A stretch of 63,808 nt of DNA, the filler included, from Octopus bimaculoides (Eukaryota): NCBI RefSeq assembly GCF_001194135.2. It is 6 parts of 6 records of this genome, joined end to end, with 100 filler letters (N's around TTAATTAATTAA, not from the genome) between each part and the next. Parts side by side here need not be neighbours in the genome. Positions count along the whole stretch, not along the records: positions 1 to 29,634 come from NC_068987.1; positions 29,735 to 34,289 come from NC_068998.1; positions 34,390 to 43,243 come from NC_068984.1; 3 more parts are not named here. One strand, 5' to 3'. The notes below the pieces were generated by a model. The model was not told the DNA's origin, searched no databases, and saw nothing but the letters and a program-made list of their open reading frames with translations. Of the stretch, positions 25,839-38,843 are shown piece after piece. The position numbers and the translations under genes are program-made. Numbering within the stretch: the stretch's first letter is position 1; each line of letters begins with the position of its first letter.

Positions 25839-28750
25839 GTGATGGAATAGAAGGTGTGGGCATACTTCTTGCAGAGAAATGGATGGATAAGTTCATTGAA
25901 TTATTGAGGGTGTGTGATAGAGTACTTAAACTCAGGCTAGTCTTGTAGAATGGTATAGCTACAATTATTTCTGCCTACGCCCCACTAGCGGGCCTACCAA
26001 GTGAACAGAAGTATCACTTTTATGATATTCTTCTGCAGGCTACCTCAAAGGCAAGTGACAATGATCTCTTCTTTGTGGCTGGAGATTTGAATGGGAATGT
26101 TGGACAGCAACCTGGTATCGTCCATGGTGTACATGGGGGCCATGGAGTTGGTACCAGAAATGAAAAGGGAACTAGGCTCCAGGAATTCTGCGATGCAAAT
26201 AAACTATTGATCTGCAACACCAATTTCAGGAAGCCAGCTAGCCACCTGATATCCTATCAATCAGGTGACTCTGCTAGCCAGATTGATTTCATTCTCACCA
26301 GACAGCGGGATGCATGGTTGATCTTGAATGCAAAGACCCTCCCTGGAGAAGAATGTATCCCCCAGCATAGAATAGTTATTAGATGTGAGGCCAGAAGGAT
26401 GCCAAAAAGCAGACCAATCTGGAAAAGAATGACTTGGAAGCTTAAGAACCCTTCACATGGTCAGAGGTTTAGAGATATCCTTACTAAGAAATTTGATGAT
26501 AAAGAGGAGGAGCTACAGTCCTGTGACATGGAAGGCAGCTGGGAATTCCTACGAGACAACTTGCTGAGTGCCACAGACCAAATCTGTGGCTGGTGCAAAG
26601 TCCCTTCCAGACCTAGGATAACATGGTGGTGGAACAATATTGTAAACAGGGCCATTAGAGCAAAGAAACAGGCTTGGAAGGTAGCAAGAAAATGTATCAG
26701 ATAGCCAAAAGAGAAGCTAGAAGAAAGGTATATATAGCCAAAGGAGTAGCAGAAAAGAAGTTTGCCAATGTTCAGCGACATGGGGACCAAAGAACTGAAG
26801 TATTTCCGATTGCAAGACAGTGTCTGAGAGAAAAACACCATGATGTCATAGGAGAGAAATGTCTCTGCATGGATGATGGTGCCCTTGTGTTTAATGTTTC
26901 TGCAAAGAAGGCGGTTTGGTGATGCCATTATGAAAGACTGCTGAATGTGGAGAATGAATAGGAGGAAGAGAGTCTGCCAAAGGTTGACCTAATTGAGGGA
27001 CGAGCTATCCGAATCAACAATATCCTAGTAGATAAAGCAATTGAGGATATGAAGACAGGGTAAGCACCTGTCCCATGAGGAATCACCACTGAGATGCTTA
27101 AAATATTGGACTGTGTGGGTTATCATCTTGTCACCTGCATCATAAATCAGGTAGTTCATGAAGGAGTCATACCCAATGACTGAGTAGCAGCACCATAGTC
27201 AACTGCTACAAGGAGAAAGGTGATGATTTAGATAGAAATAACTACAGGGGTATCAAATTATTGGATCAGGTGGTGAAACTTACAGAGAAGGTCGTAGCCC
27301 AACTAATTAGGGAGACAGCTAGACTAGATGAGATTCAGTTTGGTTTTGTGCCAGGCAGAAACACTACTGATGCTATATTTCTGATAAGGAAACTGCAGGA
27401 GAAATGTCTAGCCAAAGATAAACCTTTGTACTTAGCTTTTGTTGACTTGGAAAAAGCTTTGACAGTGTCCCTGGATCCCTTATCTGGTGGTCAATGTGGA
27501 AACTGGGGATAGACGAGTGGTTGGTAAGAGCTGTACAAGCCCTGTACAGGGATGCTGTCAGTAAGGTGACAGCTATGGACACATAAGAGGTGCAGCAATA
27601 TCAAAGGAAGGTTCACTGGGAAGATACTTTTTGTGTGTGGCAGATATACAGGGGCAATAAACACTGAAGATGTACAGAAAATAGATTCCATCACATGCAA
27701 GGAAGAGAAACTAGAAGTAGTTAATAGTTTCCGCTACCTAGGCGATCAAGTCAGTAGTTGGGGTGGTTGCTCTAAAAGTGTGGTGGCTAGAATAAGAATA
27801 GCCTGGGCAAAGTTCAGAGAGCTCCTACCTCTACTGGCAACTAAGGGTCACTCGCTCTGGATGAAAGGTAGACTGTATGATGCATATGTGCAAACTGCCA
27901 TGTTATACAGCAGTGAAATATGGGCCATGACTGCTGAGGACATGTGTAGGCTTGAAAGAAATGAAGTAACTATGATTTGCTGGATGTATAATGTCAGTGT
28001 GCATACACGACAGAGTGTGAGTGCCCTGAGAGAAAATCTGGGCATAAGAAGCTTCAAATGTGATGTGCAAGAGAGATGAATGCACTGGTATGGTCATGTG
28101 TTACATATGAATGAAGACAGCTGCGTGAGAAAGTACCACTCCCTAACTGTGGAAGGAACCTGTGGAAGAGGTAGACCCAGGAAGACATGGGATGAGGTGG
28201 TGAAGCATGACATTCAAATATTGGGCCTCATAGAGGCAATGACAGGAGACTGAGACCTTTGGAGATATGCTGTGATTGAGAAGACCTGGCAACTAAAGTG
28301 AGATTTCAGCCATTCCCAGTTAAAAGTAACCATGATACATTGGGTGATATGATATGCTTGAGAAGACCTGTTGAGTTAAGTAAAACCAATATTGTAACTG
28401 TGGCCAGTGTCCCATGACTGGCTCCTGTGCCTGTGGCACATAAAAAGCACTATCAAAATGTGTTTGACACGAGGACTGCCTGACTGGCGCCTGTGCCAGT
28501 GGAACGTAAAAAGCACTATCCGAATATGGCTGATGCCAGTATCCCCTGACTGGATCCCATGCCAGTGGCACATAAAAAGAACCGCCTACACTCTCGGAGT
28601 GGTTGGCATTAGGAAGGGCATCCAGCTGTAGAAACATGGCCAGATCAGATTAGAGTGTGGTGCAGCCACTGGCTCTTCAGACCTCAGTCAAACCGTCCAA
28701 CCCATGCCAGTGTGGAAAACGGACGTTAAACGATGATGAGGATGATTATG
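25838..28750 (+). mobile_element. Long decayed RTE LINE (endonuclease, partial RT, C-terminus, 3' UTR)
   Basis: AGDLNGNVG, SQIDFILTR, QFGFVPGRNTTDAIFLIRKLQEK, LAFVDLEKA, FRYLG, MLYSSEIW; many stops; TGA-repeat tail. Confidence 0.95.
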
Positions 28751-29123
28751 ATATATATATATTTTCATAAACCAGACTTATAACATGCCCTTATGTGCAT
28801 ATGTCTATATGTGTAAATATATATATATATGTATATATATCAGGTATCTTGCAACACAAATTCATAAACATATGTACATATTATATAGCAATATTAAACC
28901 TCTGAGCCAGAAGTAAACAATAGCAGTGCAGAATCGTAAAATATAATTGCTAACTAAACGTGGCGGTTCCATAGATGACGATGCTGTTGTTGATTAGTAT
29001 TTGCAAGGAGAAATTATTGTTCTCATCTCTAGCCTTATGTGATGCACACAGACACGGGTTTCTGGGTAGTAACCCGGCAAAAGTAGCATTGTCCTCTATA
29101 GGGCCGCCACATTTAGTTGGTAA

Positions 29124-29634
29124 TCTATATATATATAAAATTAAGAATGTATTTCTGTGTGTGTCTGTGTGAATCCCTAAAACTCCAGAACTACACAACC
29201 AATTTCATTCAAATTTTACACATCCCTTACTTAGGGTCCTGGTTGTGTTTTAGTCAAAACAAAAATTTTAACTTCTTGCATACTTCCAGCCCAAAGCAAC
29301 ATCGTATCTCCTCAACTATTAAAGTATTACGTGTCAAAAGTGAAACAAAAACACTCATGTCATTCGAACCGGAAACTCAAAAACATTGTTATTATTAAAT
29401 TTATGCATTTCTAATCAATTTGGAGATATTTGCTATCGAGTTGCAGATTTTTAACAATGCATTTGGTGATTATTTGCTTTATTTCTCGGGCAAAATTTAC
29501 AACTTAGAATAAAAGAATAAAATTATTATTTCATTCAAAAATTGATGAGCGTTGTTTTTAGTGATGACTTGAAAGGGTAAATATTTTTTCTAACCGTATT
29601 TGCTTGAAAAAATATACTTTTCTTTATATTAAGC
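29124..29634 (+). mobile_element. Helitron-like non-autonomous element, 5' part
   Basis: A|TCTATATATATATAAAATTAAGAATG...GTGTGTCTGTGTG start; same family as 60005-60108. Confidence 0.5.
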
Positions 29635-29739
29635 NNNNNNNNNNNNNNNNNNNNNNNNNNNNNNNNNNNNNNNNNNNNTTAATTAATTAANNNNNNNNNN
29701 NNNNNNNNNNNNNNNNNNNNNNNNNNNNNNNNNNGCTGT

Positions 29740-30060
29740 GTGCTTTGAATATAGGAAGGGAAAAGACGGGAGGGATGGTCACGTTCGGATTAGTCTTGAT
29801 AATAGGTGAACTCGATCAGGTTTGCGGTGGGGCGAGAAAGCAATAACAGCTCATAGTAGGAATCACAGCAACAACCGAAACAACAACAACAAGAGACGGG
29901 CAGAACTGCGAGTAAAGGAGAGAACCTCTACGTTACGGCTCAGCCTGCGTGAGATAGTGAGCAATATCCCTCTGATAACTCGCCGACGTCATTGCCGCCA
30001 TCTTAAACGAGATTGGGTCGTTAATTTTCGATGTACAAATAATAGGCGGAGCTTTAACAA
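29740..30060 (-). promoter_or_regulatory. CpG-rich promoter-like island
   Basis: High CpG density; TGACGTCG (CRE-like), CGCCATCTT (YY1 / AAGATGGCG), GATTGG (CCAAT) and AGGCGGAGC within about 75 bp. Confidence 0.6.
29937..30001 (-). CDS. Candidate first coding exon (MAAMTSASYQRDIAHYLTQAE...)
   Basis: AAGATGGCGG start context; weak GTAACG donor at 29936. Confidence 0.3.
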
Positions 30061-30537
30061 TAACAGCAAGACGATGACGACGACGACGAGGAGGAAAACA
30101 GTGACAAAAATAGAAACAACAAAAACACCAGCAGCAGCAGCAGCAGCAGCAGCAGTAATAGAAATAGTATTTATAATAACAACAGCAACAACAACGACAA
30201 TAAAATTATACACAACGACGGCGACGATAAAAACAAGAACAACAACAACAACAATAGCGATAAAATAATAAAGAACTGGAGGAATGGACATCAATAATAA
30301 AAGCGAAAATGGCAGCTGAATTGATGGCGAATCACGCCGTACCCGTCTAGAAAATGGGAAGGACACACTTGGATGATGTAGTCTTAGATAGACAATGCTA
30401 TGTGAAGAAGAACAAGGGTTGGTTAGCCGTGAATGAAGCGTCTTTGCAGTAATCGTCCAATCTATTCAAGACTTACACCACCACCACCACCACCACCACC
30501 ACCAACACCAACAACAACAACAACAACAACAACAACA

Positions 30538-30598
<61 letters not shown>

Positions 30599-30872
30599 TC
30601 GTACCAACAAACACGCGTGGTTTTTGCCTTCCGACGTACAAATTTACAACGATGTATATCATTATCTCATATGATTAATTAATTAGCAAAACCGATAGTT
30701 TATGCATTTTTTTTTTGTTTTTGTTGTTTTCGATGATATATTAATTAATTTGTTGATAGAGTTTGAAGTTGTTTAAGTAAAAACTATAATGAATGGTTAA
30801 TGACGAGATGCTTAATTAATCAGGAGTACATTTCGAAAAGAGAACAATTGGGAGTACCTCATGGATGTATAA

Positions 30873-30921
<49 letters not shown>

Positions 30922-31033
30922 ACTGATTACCTGCAATTTAGGGATAATTACTGGTACCAAGCTCGGAGTTTTGTGTGAGTAAATAATAATCAACGTAAAA
31001 GCTACTACTCAGGAATTGTAAGTATACAAGAGA

Positions 31034-31064
<31 letters not shown>

Positions 31065-31158
31065 CATACAAGCATATACATGTATGAGTGAATACGTACA
31101 TACATGCATATATATATATATATCTGCATGTGTGCGTATGTGTAAAAATATTTGTATG

Positions 31159-31212
<54 letters not shown>

Positions 31213-31627
31213 TATATGCATATATTTATTGGCGTCAAACTGATACACCTGTTTGTTCCTCCGCCTGTCTTCGTCTTGTTTTCCGTAAATTTGAACTATA
31301 TATGTGTGTGTGTGTGTGTACATACATGCATACATATATAGATATATATGTATGTATGTATGTGTGTATGTATGTATGTATGTGGATGTATGCATGTATG
31401 TAATGCATCGAAGAAGCTGCCAAACGAATTTGCACTAATGTTTACTTTGTTATACGTCTATTATCTGCCGTCCGCATAAGTGCACGCGCGCGCGCATGTG
31501 TGTGCGCGAGTGTGTATATATACATATATACACACATATACATACTCGCACACACAAAGACACACACACTCACATATATATATCACCATGTTGGACCGTT
31601 GAACTCGGCACATTTTCTCTCTCCATT

Positions 31628-31662
31628 TTTTCTGCCGAAGAGCGTTGGCTCGAAACGTAAAA
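31628..31662 (+). ncRNA. Minimal PLE-type hammerhead-like motif with core change
   Basis: TTTT-CTGCCGA-A-GAGC-GTTG-GCTC-GAAA-CG-TA|AAA: perfect 4-bp helix II, but CUGA reads CUGC. Confidence 0.5.
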
Positions 31663-31767
31663 CACTTTTCCGTTCTCCCCAAGCGTCAAACTAACACACC
31701 TGCTTGTTGTTCTTACACTTGTTCAAGTCTTTGGTTTCTTTTCTCTTTCTTTTTTGTAAATTTGTAA

Positions 31768-31811
<44 letters not shown>

Positions 31812-32291
31812 GGAACAAAAATGCAATAGTGGACAATAAAACATTCGGACAGGCAGACGACACAAAGGCAGACAAGAGAAACAACAATTAGAAGGACAGG
31901 CAAAGAAAGACGGGTCCTTCGCGGCCTCATTTCCTCAGTCAAGTACCAGAAGTCATGACGGTTTCGGGAAGTTACACTTATATACATGTATATATGTATG
32001 TATGTATATTTGTAAATACACTCACATTTTTCATCAGTAGGAACTTAGGAAAGTTACTGCAGGCCCATGAAAGCTTTGTGCAGCACTTACCACTCTGATA
32101 ACTGCCCTGCACGAAACTCTCCATTTTTTAAAGTCAGTTTTCTAATTTTTCTGCCGATTATGAATAAAAAAAACATACGCATTCTCATGTACTACGTTCT
32201 GTTGCTAATATTTCATGTGTTGTACGAGTTAAAGTGTGTCTTCGTGATGTAATATGGCTTTAAGTATAAACTGAGTATAACACTGGAAAAA

Positions 32292-32322
<31 letters not shown>

Positions 32323-33049
32323 TGTGTGTGAGAGAGAGAAAGAGGGGAAAGAGTGAAAGAGAAAGAGTTGGAGAGAAGGAATGAAAGAAACAACTGAAGG
32401 GTTAGGAAAGAGAGGAAGAAAGAAAGAGAGAATGAAATGAATAAATAAAGAAAGAAAGATAGGAACGAAAGAAGGAAGGAAGAAAGAAAGAAAAGATATT
32501 CGAATTTAGAACTATTGTATTGTAATTTTAACTTTTCGTTACTTAAGAAAAAAAAAAAAAATAGAAGGGCGACCAAAGACGACTTTGGCGGGATTTGAAC
32601 CTAAATACTCGTAATGAAGGTAGCGAAAACTTATCGCTGTGGGACACCCTGGCAGCGATTTAACCACCTTAAGCATTACATGTTTGTACACTTCAAAGTT
32701 TCGAGCGAACCCTCTCCGCCTCCCTCTTATATCACACCTCCTCTTGCTTCTCCTCCCCTTCTCATCTCTCTTTCCTTTCTATCTCCCCTTTCTTCCTTAT
32801 ATCTATCTCACACTCTCTCTCTTTCACTCATTCAGTGTCCGTTCGTCAAGGAGTGATTTTTTGTGGAATTATATTTAGTTTATGCGTTTACTGTTGCAAA
32901 ATCTGTTTATTTTGTGTTTATTTTTTGTTTGTTTCTGTGTGAATGTGTGTGTGTGCGTGTGTGTGTGTGTTGATGTGGCTGCTTTGTGGTTGTGTATCCG
33001 TGTTTAATGCGTGTGTTAGGTGCATGCGTATGCTTATATACACAGACTG

Positions 33050-33154
<105 letters not shown>

Positions 33155-33708
33155 NNNNNNNNNNNNNNNNNNNNNNNNNNNNNNNNNNNNNNNNNNNNNN
33201 NNNNNNNNNNNNNNNNNNNNNNNNNNNNNNNNNNNNNNNNNNNNNNNNNNNNNNNNNNNNNNNNNNNNNNNNNNNNNNNNNNNNNNNNNNNNNNNNNNNN
33301 NNNNNNNNNNNNNNNNNNNNNNNNNNNNNNNNNNNNNNNNNNNNNNNNNNNNNNNNNNNNNNNNNNNNNNNNNNNNNNNNNNNNNNNNNNNNNNNNNNNN
33401 NNNNNNNNNNNNNNNNNNNNNNNNNNNNNNNNNNNNNNNNNNNNNNNNNNNNNNNNNNNNNNNNNNNNNNNNNNNNNNNNNNNNNNNNNNNNNNNNNNNN
33501 NNNNNNNNNNNNNNNNNNNNNNNNNNNNNNNNNNNNNNNNNNNNNNNNNNNNNNNNNNNNNNNNNNNNNNNNNNNNNNNNNNNNNNNNNNNNNNNNNNNN
33601 NNNNNNNNNNNNNNNNNNNNNNNNNNNNNNNNNNNNNNNNNNNNNNNNNNNNNNNNNNNNNNNNNNNNNNNNNNNNNNNNNNNNNNNNNNNNNNNNNNNN
33701 NNNNNNNN

Positions 33709-33740
<32 letters not shown>

Positions 33741-34112
33741 TACATACATACATATATGCAAGTATATATATATAGTTTTGCTACTTAACATTTAAATTGG
33801 CGCGAACGTAGCATCATCATCATTAGCATGTCCATCATCATCAACATCATCATCATCATCAACATCATCATCACCATCAAAATCAACAAGCAGAACGTTC
33901 TCATCGAACCATATTGCGGTGTATATATATCGATCTCTCTGTAAACTGTAGTGTTGTGACATTTCTGCCCTTCCCTCTGAACTGTTTATCGATCACATAT
34001 GAACTGCAGATGCTAGGAATACAAAAATCGAAGATCGATGAGGTACACGAATAGATTCTGCATTTCCCATACACAATCTCTTAAATAAAGCACCACATTC
34101 AGTACTCTTTGA

Positions 34113-34162
<50 letters not shown>

Positions 34163-34389
34163 CAACAGTATTAAAACTGAAATTACTAATTATATATACA
34201 TATACACACGAATACACATAATGTTTACGTATCGTAATTGTACACAACGTATATTTATTTTTGTATATATATGTGTGTATAATCACACANNNNNNNNNNN
34301 NNNNNNNNNNNNNNNNNNNNNNNNNNNNNNNNNTTAATTAATTAANNNNNNNNNNNNNNNNNNNNNNNNNNNNNNNNNNNNNNNNNNNN

Positions 34390-35472
34390 GGTAAAAAAAT
34401 TCGGTTTTTGTTGATATTAAACTTTAAGCGCTTTAATAAATAGCTAACTTTAGCCTGTTCCTTGCACATGCGCACTCATTAGATAATTGACACTTCGACG
34501 CAGCTTGATCGAAGCTGCGACGAGATAGAACCAAAACGAACATTATAGGCACCTCACCCTTTTAAAAAAAAAATTTAATTGAGATGTGATAGCGGTGGAC
34601 ATCTGCAGGAAGATATGTGCTGTGTATGGAAAGAATGCAGTTATGGAAGGCGTGAGCCAGAAGTTGTTTTCAAGATTTCGATCGGGAAATTTTTCGGTTC
34701 ATTATTCACCTCGCTCTAGCCGGCCAACAAAGATTAACAACGACAAAATGAAAGAAATACTCGATACCAATTCCCGCCATACAACAGGGATGATCGTAGA
34801 TATTCCCTAAAGATCCAAATCGAACGTTGAAAACTACCTGCAGTAACTTGGTTTCGTCATTTGGCTCGATGTTTGGATCCCGCAAAAATTAAATGGGGCT
34901 AACCTCACCAAACGGATTTCCATCTCTGATACGTTGCACAAACGTGATGTAAACAAACGATCGTTTTTTGAACAGAATGGTGACAAGGAACGAAAATGGA
35001 TCGGCTATAACAATGTGAAGCGAAAACAATCATGGCGGAAGAGTAGTGAACCACTACAAACAATCTCCAAAGCAGGACTTCGCCGGAAGAACGTTACGCT
35101 TTCCACGAACAGAACCACCAATTCGGATGTATAATGTGACCAGCTTGACAAATTAAACACAGTGATCCACCAGAAGCGTCCAGCACTTGCTAACCATAAA
35201 GACACTACTTGTCATCGTGACAATGCCAAACCACATACTTCTTTGCAGACGCTTCACATTGTTATCGCCGATCTATTTTCTAGGAATTTTTGTCGCTTTC
35301 TTCATATTCGCCCAACCATGCGCTTTCGGGTTTCCACCTGTTTTCGCCTCTTTAAACTTCATTGAATGGACAGACCTTTAACTCTGAAGGGGTTGTAAAA
35401 ATTGACCTTGAAGAGTTTTGGTCAGTAAAGACAGGAAATTCTTTGCACTGGGAATAATGGGAACTGCTCACA
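34390..35472 (+). mobile_element. Mariner remnant
   Basis: WIGYNNVKRKQSW and HRDNAKPHTS; related to 7013-8256; both ends truncated. Confidence 0.85.
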
Positions 35473-35526
35473 TGATTAAAAAAAATTTTTTTCTCTGGCT
35501 TCTTTGCCATATTTTTTAAAACAAAT

Positions 35527-36760
35527 ATGGCTAAGCCATTCCACGAGGTCGACTTCCCACCACTACAAATATCAGAGGCGAAGGAGGCTGACAAGCAAGC
35601 CTTTCCGCATGAACGCAGAGACCACGAATGCCTCTGCGTCTACTGATACTGCCTTCAGCACNNNNNNNNNNNNNNNNNNNNNNNNNNNNNNNNNNNNNNN
35701 NNNNNNNNNNNNNNNNNNNNNNNNNNNNNNNNNNNNNNNNNNNNNNNNNNNNNNNNNNNNNNNNNNNNNNNNNNACCACCACCACCACCACCACAAATGC
35801 TACCACCATTACGATCACCACCAACCACAGCAACAACAACAACAAAACCAAGGACGCAAGGTCATCCGTCACGAATGTCTCTGCTACTACAACCACTGTC
35901 TTCACCACTGCTACCACCACTATCGCCACCACCACCACCACCACAACAAACACGAACACTAATAATAACTTTGCCGAGGCTTTGAAGCCAAGAAAAAAAA
36001 TAATGAACTTCTCTAAAGAAGAATTACTCGCATGTAAAAAATGTTCACGAAAAACGAAGTAACAATTCAACTACAGACACCCGCAGACATCATCAAAAAC
36101 ATTGCAAAGAAAACAGTTATCTATAAAACGCTCAACACAAAGACAAAGACTCCTGAAAAATTCAGTCAGGAAAATGCTGAAAGATGTTTAAGGCCCATAT
36201 GGGCTTTTAAAAACTACATTACGAGGGGGAAGCAGGTTCGCAACAATCGAAATGAGATTCGACAGCGAACAGAGAGCCAAGAACCTCTCCACAAAGTCAT
36301 TTCAACTCGAAAACCTGCTTATGATCCCTACGTACCTTACTTTGGTCGTAGGGTGACAAAAATAAAAATAACCAATGTGCCTCCTGAAATTGAAGTAAAA
36401 TGGTTCGTATCTGCCATTTGTTATGACATGGAGGATGAAATCAATATATTGGAAATCGCTCCCCTGGACCAGCAAAACTGGATTGGCCAGGAAATTCAAC
36501 TTCTCGTACAAGTTGATCCAATTAATTATGAAAAAATTCCTCACAGAATCCAATTAACAGAGGATTCGAGCCTCCATGTAGCCGTCGAAGGCAGAAGGCC
36601 AAGTTGTTACGTTTGTAGTAGCAAAACTCACTTAAGAAGCAAATACCCAGTAGCCCAGGAGCAACAGCAACAACAACGTTAACAAGACCAAGAAAAACAA
36701 CAACCACAAGTAAACCAAAAGCAGAACAAAAAACCAGCATTACTGCCCACACCACCATAT
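35527..36760 (+). pseudogene. Second gag-like/ORF1 copy, frameshifted
   Basis: Aligns by eye with 273-1166 (CLRPIW/CLAPIW, INIL, VAVEGRRPSC/VSVEGRRPRC). Last knuckle Cys is changed to Tyr. No ORF2. Confidence 0.75.
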
Positions 36761-36900
36761 GCTCAACTGGTCAAGCAGCTGTACAAAGAAATGCAGAAAC
36801 GCCAGCAACCAGCATGTCAGCCGAACCAAACATCAACACCACCAGTACCACCAAGAACAGAACCAGCACCATCACCATCACCATCACCATCACCACCACC

Positions 36901-36932
<32 letters not shown>

Positions 36933-36937
36933 CCCCG

Positions 36938-37019
<82 letters not shown>

Positions 37020-37137
37020 AGTGTGTGTGTTCAATTCCTTGAAACTAAAGATTCACTTCGTAGTTTATTCCAATTTTTCCTTTGTTGTTTCGAGAACTGG
37101 AGAGTAAATTGTGTGTTCTTTTCCAGTCAATCAATGA

Positions 37138-37211
<74 letters not shown>

Positions 37212-37299
37212 TTATCTATTTGCCTTATCTTTTTGTATATAAATAAAAAGAGATTCAAGCCGCCTAGCTATCATATTTTTAGCTAGAAGGTTGTACCCT

Positions 37300-37990
37300 G
37301 TCGAAAGATTAGCAAGATGACAAAAGCTGTGAAATTTCACAAGTCACTGGTTTTCTTCATAATTTTTACATCTGTTGAACTGAACAAGATAATGCAAAAT
37401 GGACAAAATGATCTTTTTAAAGACTTAACACTATCAAAGAATAAGGCTGAACTGTAGGTCTCTCTGCTGAAGCATTGAAATTTTGCTGAAAACTTTGAAG
37501 TGTGTGAATTTTAGCCTCAAAATTGTTCCCTTTTTCAATATGGAAGGTGACCTTTGTAGCTTGCAGCGACATCGATCGTCTGATGGCAGACTTCAATGTT
37601 ACTCGTAATCATGAAGAATGGAAAATGTTCATTGATTTATCGAAGAAGATTCCAAAAGCTATTTTGCTGTATCATGGTAACAAGTTAACATATTGCTATC
37701 CATTCTTGTAATTCAGCTGAAAGAAAAATGGTAAAAATGAAACAAAATTTCGAACTGCATAAAATATGAGAAATACAAATATATAAACTATATAAAAAAT
37801 GAAGTGAATACTATTTTGTTGCACTGTCGATGGGTTAAATCAAATGTTGATGGTTATATGCTGAATTTTAGGAAAAAAAAAAGATCTTTCATATTATTAC
37901 TGTTCTACTTGAAGTTATTTGTATAGAATACAAGCTTGATGCTTCTCTTTATTTTATTTTTGTCTGAAAACGATAACTTTTGAAGATTAT
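37300..37990 (+). mobile_element. DNA transposon remnant, probably Chapaev3/CMC-like
   Basis: DIDRLMADFNVTRNHEEWKMFIDLSKKIPKAILLYHGN resembles the EWRLFIDSSKxSLKAVLLHNGN transposase motif. Superfamily name is from memory. Confidence 0.5.
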
Positions 37991-38387
37991 ATTACTTAAA
38001 CACTTAGTAACATAACAACATACGCCCATGTTTACAGATACGAAACCGTTGTCCATACATAATCTATTTCTCACCGATTTTGAAAGAAATGTTCACATCT
38101 GCTGGGTAGTAGATAATGTTTATTTTCTGTCCCAAGCCATTATGTTGGGCTTGCGTCTGCAGTAGATTTTTATCGCATATTCTTCAAAATAGAATGATTA
38201 AATGTTGTTAACAGAACTGGAGATTAAATTTAGTATTTCGGGAAGTGGTTTCGATTCCCAATAATATATCTGTCCAATCATATCACTAATGGCCCTCAGA
38301 AGAATCTCATATTCAACACAACTCAACAAATTTTATCGTAAAAATGTTTATAAAATTTCATTTCTTATGCTGTCTAGTGGTTACAAC

Positions 38388-38843
38388 CAGCGCTGGATTA
38401 AACCATTAAGCAAAATAAGCACGTGCTTAGGCCACCAAGGGAAGGAGGTGGCGCCACAGAAGTGAAGATGGTTTACGGCACAAAAGAAATCACTTTAAAC
38501 TTGCTAAAATAATATTCGTAATTCTTTATCTCTTCTAAGTATAGAAGCAGAAGTTTTACGTAAATTAATTTTAATGATATCATCGAAAACTTTTCAATTA
38601 AAAAAAAAAAATGAAGGAGAAAACTTTTCAAATATAAATAAAATGGAAGCATACAAAAACAAACATTATTTTCCATCTTACTGTGAATTTTGTTTCATTT
38701 TGAAAAATAAAAATTTATTTTATGGTTTATAATCGTTTACATTTTGAATTATTTTTGTTTACATTTTGAACCATTTACAAATACTTGAGGGCACCAAAAC
38801 CTTCTAAGTGCTGAGAGACTCTATGGGTCTTAATCCGGCCCTG
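38388..38843. mobile_element. hAT-type MITE (456 bp) with 8-bp TSD
   Basis: TIRs CAGCGCTGGATTAA / TTAATCCGGCCCTG; TSD GTTACAAC (38380-38387) and GTTACACC (38844-38851). Confidence 0.8.

Noticed and set aside
29679-29690. TTAATTAATTAA between N runs (also near 34335, 43288, 45625, 51637)
   Set aside because: The identical all-frame-stop 12-mer always sits between gaps, so it is an assembly or scaffolding spacer.
31925-31970. Minus-strand GAAACCGTC...CTGAGGA resembling a permuted hammerhead
   Set aside because: No convincing helix I or helix II pairing.
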